Shown piece after piece: positions 46,397 through 55,226 of a stretch of DNA of 64,000 nucleotides; position 1 is the stretch's first letter, and each line of letters starts with the position of its first letter. The stretch covers positions 1 through 64,000 of the IMG/VR virus record IMGVR_UViG_3300021131_000003. One strand, 5' to 3'. The notes under the pieces were generated by a model. The model had not been told where the DNA came from. It did not search any database and was given only the letters and a program-made list of their open reading frames with translations. The DNA is from a virus. The position numbers and the translations under genes were made by a program.

Positions 46397-46725
46397 TATG
46401 CAAGCTCCGTACCGTACAAGTTATAAGCAACACCTTGAGTTGTGTTATAAACGTAGATGGTTGCTCCCGCTTCTAGCGTAATACCAACAGTGATAAAGTT
46501 AGTATCATTTCCAGCTACCTTAGAGTCGTAGGCAATGTAAGAAGCGCTTCCTAAAGTACCTCCGCTTGGTACTGTAGCAATACGGAATGTAAGTTGTGAG
46601 CCTGTTGTGTTACAGACAGCAATGGTGGAAATAACCGCAGACTTACCAGCCCCAACTGTGTAAAGAGCGGTGCTTGTTGCTGCCGATGGATAGGCTTGGG
46701 CCAGAATCTTCATTGTAGCTGCCAC
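46396..46725 (-). CDS. Small beta-sandwich virion protein
   Basis: LYTV...STIAVCN...GITL...YGTE. Confidence 0.65.
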   Translation of the reverse strand: MAATMKILAQAYPSAATSTALYTVGAGKSAVISTIAVCNTTGSQLTFRIATVPSGGTLGSASYIAYDSKVAGNDTNFITVGITLEAGATIYVYNTTQGVAYNLYGTELA

Positions 46726-46726
46726 G

Positions 46727-47077
46727 TTATGCCCCCATCGTTAAGAAGTTATAGGCAAGAACAGTTGCTGGGTCTAAAGTTGCAGAGCTACCAGAACCGC
46801 TTCCCGCACCAATTTCTAACCAGTAATTATTATAGTAAACAAAAGTCTGTCCTGTATTGGAATCAAACCACAAAGAACCAGAGATAACAGTTGGACCTGT
46901 AGGTGGTGTTGCTGAGACAGTTACGCCTCCGCCAGAACCTACGGCATTCCACAGAGTTCCGTTATAAACCTTAACTTGATTAAGTACCGTATTAAAGTAA
47001 AGGTCACCAGCGGCGGCAGAAACAGGGTCACTTGCCGCGCTAACTAGGTTAAGGCTGGCTAATACGCGAACTGACAT
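46727..47077 (-). CDS. Fibre adaptor protein
   Basis: GDLYFNT and GSLWFDS repeats. Confidence 0.65.
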   Translation of the reverse strand: MSVRVLASLNLVSAASDPVSAAAGDLYFNTVLNQVKVYNGTLWNAVGSGGGVTVSATPPTGPTVISGSLWFDSNTGQTFVYYNNYWLEIGAGSGSGSSATLDPATVLAYNFLTMGA

Positions 47078-47080
47078 TTA

Positions 47081-48652
47081 CTATCCTATTACTACGACGT
47101 TATATGCGTTTACTCCTGGTGCTGTAGCAAAGGATACCGTAACAGTATTAACAGTTGAATTCACCACGTCGGTGAATACCTGAGCATATGTCGAAGCGTC
47201 AAAGATAGTAACTTGTACAAATCTTGTATTGAGATTGTGGGTAACTGTATAGGAAGTAGTAGAGCCATCACCGATTGTGGTTGTGTATTTGCGGGCTACT
47301 ACGTCAGTATTGATAGCTACCTGGTTAGTGGTAGCCGCTCCCGCGGCTCCCTGACCAGAGATAGTGATACCAAGACCTGGAGTTACCGCCAAACCTGTAG
47401 AGGTTGTATTAAGACCTGAAGTACCTGGTAGGAGGATTAATGAACCAGATGAGCTGGTTGTAAGACCGCCAGTGCTGGTTGGGTTGAGGGCAAGACCATT
47501 TACGTCTGTCTTCAAACCTGAGGTAGTTGGAAGAAGTACTGCCGCACCTGTTGTGCCTGTTTGCAAACCACCTGTTGAAAGTGGGTTAAAGGTAAAGTTG
47601 TTACCTGAAAGAGTTACGCCGTTAGACGCTGTATAGGTACCAGCACCAGAGAACTGGCTGAAGACGATAGCGTCTGTGCCAATCTTAATACCGTTAAGTG
47701 GTGTTGTAGAGGTACCTGTTGCGGTTTGTACCCAACCACTTGACTGGTTAAGGGTTCCAGAAGATACGAATACAAAGTCACCAGCAACAACTTCACCAGC
47801 AACAACTCCGTTATCAGAGTCAACAGCACGTGTAAGGACTGCGCTTACTCCAGTTGTACCCGCAGTTGTTACTACATAGATACCGTTTTGAAGAGCAGTT
47901 GTTTGATTCTTTACAAGGATGCGGTCGTTAGCTGCAACAACTTGGCCGTCAATAGAAAGCGCACCTGTAGCTGTAATAGTAAGCGTTGCGCCTACACCAA
48001 GACCGCCGTCTTGGCCAGCAGTTCCGTTTGCGTATGTAGCAACAAGGTTTGCAGTAGTTGCAAGACGAACGCTACCGTGAACGTTAAGGCCTTGAGCAGT
48101 GGTGTCTACATAGTTCTTGTTAGCAGCGTCTGTTCCAGATACTGGAGTTGCAACGTTAGTGACTTTATAGCCACCCATTGAGTAGTCGCCAGTTGCGGCA
48201 GCTAAAGCGTTAAGGTGAATGCTTCCATGGTCTGCGTCTGTGTGACGGTGAACGTGGTCAGCGCGAGAAACTTTAAGTGATGTACCTTGTGCGTTAGCTG
48301 AGCCAAGCGCAGCCATATCCGCAGTAAGGCCGTAAGGCATAACTGGAATCCAGTTAGAGGAGTTTGTAGTTCCATTAGATACGTAGACAACGCTATTGGT
48401 GAGGTCCAAGTACATTGAACCTGTAGACATAGGCGTAGACGCTGGTGCGCCTGAACCTGTAGCAACTCCACCTACTGGAGCCCAGCCAGTACCTTCATAG
48501 ACTTTAAGCTGATTAACTGTGTTGTCATAAACAATCTGACCAGTGACTGGAGCGCCGATGGCGTTAATCTGGGTGCTGGAGAGATTTTGGATTCGGGCAT
48601 TCTGAAGCTCAAGCTGATTAAGGTTAATCGGCGTTAAGAAACTACGTGACAT
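47081..48652 (-). CDS. Fibre protein
   Basis: RADHVH, DAANKNYVD, RILVKNQT...QNGIY, THNLNT. Confidence 0.75.
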   Translation of the reverse strand: MSRSFLTPINLNQLELQNARIQNLSSTQINAIGAPVTGQIVYDNTVNQLKVYEGTGWAPVGGVATGSGAPASTPMSTGSMYLDLTNSVVYVSNGTTNSSNWIPVMPYGLTADMAALGSANAQGTSLKVSRADHVHRHTDADHGSIHLNALAAATGDYSMGGYKVTNVATPVSGTDAANKNYVDTTAQGLNVHGSVRLATTANLVATYANGTAGQDGGLGVGATLTITATGALSIDGQVVAANDRILVKNQTTALQNGIYVVTTAGTTGVSAVLTRAVDSDNGVVAGEVVAGDFVFVSSGTLNQSSGWVQTATGTSTTPLNGIKIGTDAIVFSQFSGAGTYTASNGVTLSGNNFTFNPLSTGGLQTGTTGAAVLLPTTSGLKTDVNGLALNPTSTGGLTTSSSGSLILLPGTSGLNTTSTGLAVTPGLGITISGQGAAGAATTNQVAINTDVVARKYTTTIGDGSTTSYTVTHNLNTRFVQVTIFDASTYAQVFTDVVNSTVNTVTVSFATAPGVNAYNVVVIG

Positions 48653-48663
48653 TCACTCTCTCC

Positions 48664-48966
48664 TTATGAAAGGTAGGCGTTACCGCTAAAGGCTGATTGA
48701 AAGTGGACCGTAAGTTGTTTAGGACTTGTGTATGTGATTTCGCCTTCAACTATGGTACCAGTGGAATCTTGAACCGTCACGTTAGGGTAAAAACCTAAAT
48801 TATGTGTGATGGCCCAATCTGTTGCGACTACCCCCTGAACATGGTGGTAGGCAATCGATGGTGCATTGATAGCTCCAGCCGTAATGTTAGTTACGGTTAC
48901 TGCTGCTGGGGCCGTTTGTGGAACTGTAATGACAACGGGTTGTGTCTGTGGGTATATGTTAGTCAA
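48664..48966 (-). CDS. Small virion protein
   Basis: WAITHNLGFYPNV...FSGNAYLS. Confidence 0.65.
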   Translation of the reverse strand: MTNIYPQTQPVVITVPQTAPAAVTVTNITAGAINAPSIAYHHVQGVVATDWAITHNLGFYPNVTVQDSTGTIVEGEITYTSPKQLTVHFQSAFSGNAYLS

Positions 48967-50020
48967 GGGTCACCTGCTGCTGCACGAATACTTGTCCTTT
49001 AATGTAGGTCTGTTCGAAGTCTGTATTAGAAGAGTTGGTTGCCTGCAAATCCCAGAATGCGCGTACTGGTAGGTACTGGGTAGCTGAAGACGTTAATGAC
49101 AAAGTAATAACGCCGTCTGCTGGGTTAGTCTTTGCGATATCAAAGGTGGCATAAAGAGAAGGCGCATTTGGATAGGTTCTAATCTGAGCCTTAAAGGTTA
49201 GGTTAGTAACATCAAATGGGAAGATAAATTGCTGAGACCAAGAATCTCCTTGGTAAATCTGGATGTCATATACGCCCGCATACTCTGGAAGAGGAGTGCG
49301 GCCAAGCATATCGTTTTGAAGGTATACCCGCTCTGGTTGACGGCTATCGTCAATTTCTTGAGGCATGTAGATTGGGACAAGCTTATTGGTTGTGCGTGAG
49401 ACGCGACGTAGGGTGCCAATCTCAAGGCGCCATAGTCCAATGTTAAGCGCTGAGCAAAGCTGCTTATATTGTTCCCATCGCTGAGCAATAATTCCAGTTA
49501 GCTGCTCGTAGCGTTGTGCGCGTGGGATGGTTACCCCATCTGGAGCAGTAATATTAATGTCAAAGGCTGCATCTGTAGCAAGCGCCCATAGAGCCTCAAT
49601 AGCAGCCAAGATAGCAATTGGATACTCTTCAACAGGCTGAATGCTGTTAAGGGTAACTGTGCTGCCAAAGCTATCTGTGCGGTTATAGGTATGCTGAGTT
49701 ACCGCTGTATTGATAAAGGTAGTTAGGTCTGCGTCTAAGAAGTAGCGGACTGTGGACCCCTGAACCACGATTGCCGCGCCGTTAGCTGGGGCAGATACAA
49801 AGGTTAGAAGTCCAGTGTTGCCCTCTAAAGAGTATTGGTTTGGATAGACCTGGGCGGTGCCGTTTACGGTCACATAGAGGTTAGTAAGCTCAACAGGCTT
49901 AACGTTTAGATAGAAGGTCTTAGTTGACCCATCGCCTGTTCCAGTAAAAGTAAAAGCTTTAGAGGTGTCGCCTAGCTCTGTACGAACTCTTGTTAAAAGG
50001 TCTGCAAGTAGGGCCACCAA
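48959..50020 (-). CDS. Head-tail adaptor/neck protein with inserted and C-terminal BppU-like domains
   Basis: VRTELGD N-terminus; IYQGD...AQIR...WDLQ; position after the capsid genes. Confidence 0.65.
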   Translation of the reverse strand: MVALLADLLTRVRTELGDTSKAFTFTGTGDGSTKTFYLNVKPVELTNLYVTVNGTAQVYPNQYSLEGNTGLLTFVSAPANGAAIVVQGSTVRYFLDADLTTFINTAVTQHTYNRTDSFGSTVTLNSIQPVEEYPIAILAAIEALWALATDAAFDINITAPDGVTIPRAQRYEQLTGIIAQRWEQYKQLCSALNIGLWRLEIGTLRRVSRTTNKLVPIYMPQEIDDSRQPERVYLQNDMLGRTPLPEYAGVYDIQIYQGDSWSQQFIFPFDVTNLTFKAQIRTYPNAPSLYATFDIAKTNPADGVITLSLTSSATQYLPVRAFWDLQATNSSNTDFEQTYIKGQVFVQQQVTLD

Positions 50021-50042
50021 CCACTCCTAACTCTTAACCTAA

Positions 50043-50077
50043 ATGGTTTCAGTTTTTAATTAAAAAATCTGTATAAA
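50043..50077 (-). promoter_or_regulatory. Candidate late promoter (degenerate copy)
   Basis: TTTATACAGATTTT-15 nt-AACCAT. Confidence 0.4.
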
Positions 50078-50102
50078 CGAATAAGCGGGCCCGAAAGCCC
50101 GC
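50075..50102 (-). terminator. Intrinsic terminator
   Basis: GCGGGC/GCCCGC stem followed by TTATTCGTTT. Confidence 0.6.
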
Positions 50103-50120
50103 CCACTCTCGCTAATTATT

Positions 50121-50489
50121 TTATAGCGTATTAGCTAAGTAACCCTTTTCCTTAAGGTGCTGAGCTACCTGCTTAGTTACTGTATAGCGCTGACCAGCTT
50201 TGAAGTTGTAGTTATTACCAGCTCCGAGAGTCATATTTTCAATGGTCTCAATAACTCTAATCTCTACAGCATCGTTATCTGGGTTTCCTACTGTGATAAC
50301 TTCATCGACAATTACTGTCTGACGGTCTGGGACTCGTGCATCAATAACTTCTTCTGAAAGCTTAGCGGCTGCGGTAACGGATGCCATTGACATCTCATTT
50401 GCTCGTTCAGCCTGAACCTCTGCATTAGCTGCAAGAGCCTCTTCACGTGCGCGACCAGTTACATCTGTGGGCTTCTTTGTAGATGCCAT
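50121..50489 (-). CDS. Hypothetical head-associated protein
   Basis: Follows the capsid gene; SD AGGAG. Confidence 0.6.
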   Translation of the reverse strand: MASTKKPTDVTGRAREEALAANAEVQAERANEMSMASVTAAAKLSEEVIDARVPDRQTVIVDEVITVGNPDNDAVEIRVIETIENMTLGAGNNYNFKAGQRYTVTKQVAQHLKEKGYLANTL

Positions 50490-50521
50490 TTGGATTCTCC
50501 TTGTTAATGTCTCAGTTAGAT

Positions 50522-50549
50522 AAGGCGGGCCCTCACGAGCCCGCCCTTT
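50522..50549 (-). terminator. Hairpin/terminator after the capsid gene
   Basis: GGCGGGC/GCCCGCC stem. Confidence 0.65.
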
Positions 50550-50566
50550 AAGCTATTTAGTTGTAA

Positions 50567-51637
50567 TTAGTTGGTTTCTGCAATGATTACAGACTGGTCA
50601 GTGATAAGACCAAGACCGAAGATTGAGTACCAAGCAAGTGCATGCTCACGACCGAAGTCGAGGATTCCGCCATCGCGGAGTTCGACTGGGAGTGAGATAG
50701 CGTGACCGAATGCGTTGTCTCCAATGAAGATAGCGCTATAGCGGTCTGAACCACCGTTACCTGTGTAGGTAGCTGGAGTTGTGTATCCTCCACCAGCTGT
50801 GACAGTTGGGTTAGCAACTGCAGTATCAGCTGTGTAAGAAGTACCAGCTCCACCAGCAACCTTGAGGACCTGTGTGGTCTCAATGAAGACTGTGTCGTAC
50901 AAGCGACCAATTTCACCGAGCATGAAGTTACCAGGTGCTGCGTACTTGGTTACTTCGATGAATTCTGGATTGTCACGAAGCTTACGGCTTTGGTGTGGGT
51001 GCACAAAGCAAACGTAAGTCTCGCCCAACCGAGGGATGTTCTTGGTTGCGAGTGTCTCGACAGCGTCCTTGACAGTGTGAGGTGTCAAGTAGAAAGTACC
51101 AGTCATTGACGCACGGGATGTACCCTTTGTGCCATCTGCGTACCAGTTGTTAACTGCTGAGAGGTTTGAGCGGTCTTCACCATAGATGGTTGAAGTAGCT
51201 GCGTAGAGGGTATCGCGTGAAAGCTGGTCTAGGTAGATAGCCATGTTGCGACCCAATAAACGTGAGGCTGAAGCCATTACGTCATCGAATGAAGCATTGA
51301 GCAAGAGCTCAGATACTGCAAGAGCATAACCATGCTCAGTTACAGTGATTGAGAATTGCTGTGCTGTAAGTGCGTTAGTCTGCATGCGAACACCTTCAAC
51401 AAGCGCTGAAGCGAAGCCGAGGTTGTTGTAACGCATGAAGTTGATTTGAAGACCAGGAGCAACACCGAGTTCAGTCTTCTTGACTGCGAACTGCTCAAAG
51501 CGAAGGATTGGCATGGCCTGGAAAAGAATTTCCTTGGACCAGATTGTCTGAATCGCCTGAGTTAGCTGGGTGTTGGTACCTGAGTATGCTGTAGGTGCTG
51601 CGGCAAGATTGCCTGTACCTGTAATACTTGATGCCAT
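50567..51637 (-). CDS. Major capsid protein (N4-gp56-like)
   Basis: ALVEGV, EHGYA, YVCFVHP, GEIGRL, DFGRE. Confidence 0.9.
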   Translation of the reverse strand: MASSITGTGNLAAAPTAYSGTNTQLTQAIQTIWSKEILFQAMPILRFEQFAVKKTELGVAPGLQINFMRYNNLGFASALVEGVRMQTNALTAQQFSITVTEHGYALAVSELLLNASFDDVMASASRLLGRNMAIYLDQLSRDTLYAATSTIYGEDRSNLSAVNNWYADGTKGTSRASMTGTFYLTPHTVKDAVETLATKNIPRLGETYVCFVHPHQSRKLRDNPEFIEVTKYAAPGNFMLGEIGRLYDTVFIETTQVLKVAGGAGTSYTADTAVANPTVTAGGGYTTPATYTGNGGSDRYSAIFIGDNAFGHAISLPVELRDGGILDFGREHALAWYSIFGLGLITDQSVIIAETN

Positions 51638-51679
51638 TTAGCTATGACTCCTTGTTAGATTTTTATGGGTTGGGGGGTA

Positions 51680-52453
51680 TTAACCGAACAGCCCGCGAGA
51701 CTTACCACGAGCAGATTCGCTCATGATGCGGTCTCTGTATTTCGCGTATTCGTTCATCGGCATGGCTGCAATCTCTTGAGCCGTTAACGTACGTTGCTCC
51801 ATATTGGTTTCCAGTGGTCCAGCGGGAGGAGTAGTAATACTCGTTCCCTTCATTTCTTTTCTGGCTGTCTGCATAGCAGACTGCGCAGATTCAAGAATAC
51901 TTGCTGAGCGTTCCTTTAACTGTTCCACGCTTGCTGTAATCTCTTCACGGCTATTGCCTTGAATGAAATCAACAAGTTGTGGAATGATATTGTCGCGCTC
52001 GGTTTCAATCACTTGCTGGCGATAAGCTTGCAAGTCTGCAAAGGTCTTTTCGCGCTCCAGAAGAGCGAAGGCTCGTTCGCGTTCTGAACGCTCACGCTCC
52101 AACTGCTCCTGCAACTCTTTTGTCTTTAGTTCTGCATAAGACTTCGCATCGAGCTCAGACTCTTGTGCTTCCTTAAGACGTGCCGCCTCAGCTTCCGCTT
52201 CAGCCGACTTACGAGATGCTTCTTCTTCTTTTTCTTTCCGTAGAGAGTTTAGCTCTTCCTTCAAAGATTCAATCTGTGGGTAGAGCTTGTCCTTCTCTTG
52301 CGAACGGACTTTAGCTAAATCCTCATCTGTGTAGAACTTAGTTGAGTTCGTAGTAGTAACAGTAGGCGCGTCAACGCCCGACACATTTACGACTGGAGCC
52401 GTTCCAGCTTCTGCTTCAAAAGCAGTAGCCATGTTTTCTGCAGTATCTGACAT
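51680..52453 (-). CDS. Capsid scaffolding protein
   Basis: Acidic coiled coil between portal and capsid genes; MPMNEYAKYR tail. Confidence 0.8.
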   Translation of the reverse strand: MSDTAENMATAFEAEAGTAPVVNVSGVDAPTVTTTNSTKFYTDEDLAKVRSQEKDKLYPQIESLKEELNSLRKEKEEEASRKSAEAEAEAARLKEAQESELDAKSYAELKTKELQEQLERERSERERAFALLEREKTFADLQAYRQQVIETERDNIIPQLVDFIQGNSREEITASVEQLKERSASILESAQSAMQTARKEMKGTSITTPPAGPLETNMEQRTLTAQEIAAMPMNEYAKYRDRIMSESARGKSRGLFG

Positions 52454-52520
52454 GCTTATATCCTTTGTATTCTAGGGGTCGTTTTCCGAAGTGAGAGCTC
52501 ATATGACCTAACGTTGTTTA

Positions 52521-52555
52521 ATTTTCTCGGTACCTACAAAAAAATACAGGCTAAA
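52521..52555 (-). promoter_or_regulatory. Candidate late promoter
   Basis: TTTAGCCTGTATTT-15 nt-GAAAAT; identical 14-mer at 55206-55219. Confidence 0.6.
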
Positions 52556-52560
52556 CACCT

Positions 52561-54300
52561 TTATTTTTCGTAGTCTTGCGGAACCCTTCTCTGTGGGAGC
52601 TGTGTTCCGTAAGCTTGAGTTACCAAAGAGTTACGTAGCGCTTGGTCCGCTGTCTGTGCCTCAAGAACTGCTGGGTCAAGAATCTGTGGCATCTGTGATT
52701 CAGGAACGCCCATGTTCTCTACGCCCTTAGAGCCTGCAGGTGTTCCAGCCTGTTGAATAGGTTGAGCTGGGTTACCGCCAGCTGGAGATTGCATTCCAGT
52801 TAGGCTCATAATGTCGTTTTCAATCTGGGTCTGTACGAGCTTAAGTGCGCCATCAGATACGGCGTCATCAATAAGCTCTTGACGAATCTCTGTGAGCTTC
52901 TCAGCTGGGAACTCTTCGCCGAGTGAGCGCAATGCGCCTTCCTTAGACTCAAGGCCAAGAGAGAGCTTGCTCTGGATTTCGTTAAGAGCAATAAGCTTGT
53001 CGAGAGGAAGTGGCTGTGGGAAGTGCACATAAGAACGGTAGGTAAGTGGGTCGTTAGGGTCTAGCTGAGGAACTTGTCCTGGCTTTAGTGGAACCTGGCT
53101 AGCGTTAGGGTCCCAAATAAAGGTCTCTGGCTCTTTAATAGCAAGCGATAGAAGGATAAGTTCATTAACGCGCTCTAGACCGTGGGCGTATTGAATAATC
53201 TTTTGATGGTAGCGATTCATCAAAGGCTGGAACTGAATGCTGAGCGCAACACCTGAAGTGTTAGAGATAGGCTGTGCCTGACCAAGAGCGGTCTCTGGCA
53301 CACCAATCATTTCGTGCATAGCCTTCTTGAGCATCATCAAGAAGTCCATAGCGCCCTTTAGACCTTGCGCGCCACCTTCTAGGTTTTCTACCTTTGCGTC
53401 TTTTGGTAGTCCGCCCCAGACTTTATTAGCACCCTTCTCGAGCTGAGAAGCCTTTGCACCGATGATGACTGTGACTGGGGCCGCATGATAGTTGACAATG
53501 TCTGCAATGTCAGTCGCGGTTTCGTTATAAGCCCTATTGATATTAATAATAGGCTCGCAGTCGCTGAGACCCCAAGGACTACCAGAAATACGAACGTTAG
53601 GAATATGAATAACGGGAATCGTGCCAAGCGGGTTAGGGCGCGAGTCAATGAGTTCATCATTTATGTATTCCTCGATGATGTCTTCTGTGAGGATTTCCGT
53701 GTAGGTAAACACCTGTCGAGTACCTTCCAAAGAAGTACCCCAGAAACGATACTTAAGCTTGAAACGGATAAGGCGTTCGCGGTCGTGTGGATGGAACTCG
53801 GGGAAACAAAAAGAAGAGTTAAGAGGCAGAATTCGTACACGACCAGGATGAGGACGACCTGAAGGGTCCACATAAGCTTCTTCATAAGCCACTTTAATAA
53901 AGACATCGCCCGACACCGTTCCTTGCTGACCGATTTCCCATAGGACTGTAGCTTTGTTGTTATCTACTTCCCATACACGCTCAAGTAGGTCTGGGACGAT
54001 TGCTTCGGTCTGCTTAGGGCTGCGGAAGGTCACACCTTTACCAAAGGTAAAGTTAATAATGAAATCAGAGAATGCTTTGTAATAGTTAAGCATAATCTGG
54101 GCTTCGCCAGTTTGACGGCGATAAGAATAGTGATGGCCTAGATACATAGCCCAGTTAAGGCTATAGCGATTTAATCGAGGGCCGTGTACTTCAAACTCTT
54201 CATCCGCTAGCTCTACTAAGCCTAGTGGGGAGATGGAGATAGTTAAGTCAGAGGAGGCTGCACGATAACTCGGAGGAGAGAAATCAATCGAGCTCACCAA
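52561..54300 (-). CDS. Portal protein (SPP1 gp6-like)
   Basis: PNPLGTIPVIHIPN...GLSD, SGVAL; synteny. Confidence 0.9.
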   Translation of the reverse strand: MVSSIDFSPPSYRAASSDLTISISPLGLVELADEEFEVHGPRLNRYSLNWAMYLGHHYSYRRQTGEAQIMLNYYKAFSDFIINFTFGKGVTFRSPKQTEAIVPDLLERVWEVDNNKATVLWEIGQQGTVSGDVFIKVAYEEAYVDPSGRPHPGRVRILPLNSSFCFPEFHPHDRERLIRFKLKYRFWGTSLEGTRQVFTYTEILTEDIIEEYINDELIDSRPNPLGTIPVIHIPNVRISGSPWGLSDCEPIININRAYNETATDIADIVNYHAAPVTVIIGAKASQLEKGANKVWGGLPKDAKVENLEGGAQGLKGAMDFLMMLKKAMHEMIGVPETALGQAQPISNTSGVALSIQFQPLMNRYHQKIIQYAHGLERVNELILLSLAIKEPETFIWDPNASQVPLKPGQVPQLDPNDPLTYRSYVHFPQPLPLDKLIALNEIQSKLSLGLESKEGALRSLGEEFPAEKLTEIRQELIDDAVSDGALKLVQTQIENDIMSLTGMQSPAGGNPAQPIQQAGTPAGSKGVENMGVPESQMPQILDPAVLEAQTADQALRNSLVTQAYGTQLPQRRVPQDYEK

Positions 54301-54365
54301 TCACCTCTTTCACTTGAACTGCCTTAGGGTACCACTAATTGTCGATAAAACTATTTACCGACACG

Positions 54366-54674
54366 TTATCTGAAGCGTTCGCCTCGAATGTTGCCTTGGC
54401 CTACTGGCTTGGTAACTTTCTTCTTTGCAGACTCTTCTTGTTTTTCTTTTTCTTCCTGCACGTAATCGCGGAAGCGTGGGTCAATCTCTTTTTTAGAAGT
54501 AACAAACTTGCCGCCTAGTGACGCATACTTAGCGTGAACCCAGTGGGCTGCGGCTGGAGATGGATATGTGCTGAATCTGGAGCGCGCTTGAGCGACAACC
54601 ATGTTCCACATTTTAGGGTTAGCAGGTAGCTGCTTAGGACCCTTCTTTACTTCTTTACCTGAGATGAGTGCCAT
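54366..54674 (-). CDS. Basic hypothetical protein
   Basis: PANPKMW...YPSPAA...YASLGG. Confidence 0.65.
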   Translation of the reverse strand: MALISGKEVKKGPKQLPANPKMWNMVVAQARSRFSTYPSPAAAHWVHAKYASLGGKFVTSKKEIDPRFRDYVQEEKEKQEESAKKKVTKPVGQGNIRGERFR

Positions 54675-54747
54675 CGTTAATCCTTAATAGGTTCCCGCCC
54701 CCGCGGGAAAGGAAAAAAGGCGGGGGTCGAGAATTGCTATTTAATTA

Positions 54748-55146
54748 TTAGTCGTTGACGACTGAAGGGTTAAGGGCAGCTTGACGTGCGCCATTGCGGA
54801 CAACCTCTTCAAAACGGTTATCGCCATGGTCAGCAAATCCACCAGCAGCAAACTCTTGTAGGTGAGTTGGTGCTTCTACCCAAGCTGCAGAACCAACGTG
54901 TGCGCGCTCGCGCATAGTCTCTTCTGGAAGCTTTTCAAAAACATTTGCATTGCGGTTAGCACGACCTGCAGCAGGAACATAGCCCTGCATTGCGCCCTTT
55001 GTGAATTCCTGTGGGACGTCTGTATCTGTAGCGATACCTTCTTCAAAACGAAGTGGGCCGCGTTGTCCTGGGACAGCAGCTGAAAGCTTGCGGTCGTATA
55101 CAGGACTGTGCTTCTCTGGGAAGCGTGGTTCTGGGGCAATTGCCAT
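54748..55146 (-). CDS. Hypothetical protein between terminase and portal
   Basis: SD AGGAG; own upstream promoter motif. Confidence 0.65.
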   Translation of the reverse strand: MAIAPEPRFPEKHSPVYDRKLSAAVPGQRGPLRFEEGIATDTDVPQEFTKGAMQGYVPAAGRANRNANVFEKLPEETMRERAHVGSAAWVEAPTHLQEFAAGGFADHGDNRFEEVVRNGARQAALNPSVVND

Positions 55147-55184
55147 TGTTAATCTCCTAAATTGGTTTGAGGACCTCAAGTAAA

Positions 55185-55219
55185 AGTGTGCTACGTATTG
55201 GGGTTAAATACAGGCTAAA
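55185..55219 (-). promoter_or_regulatory. Candidate late promoter
   Basis: TTTAGCCTGTATTT-15 nt-CACACT. Confidence 0.6.
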
Positions 55220-55226
55220 GTCTTAT

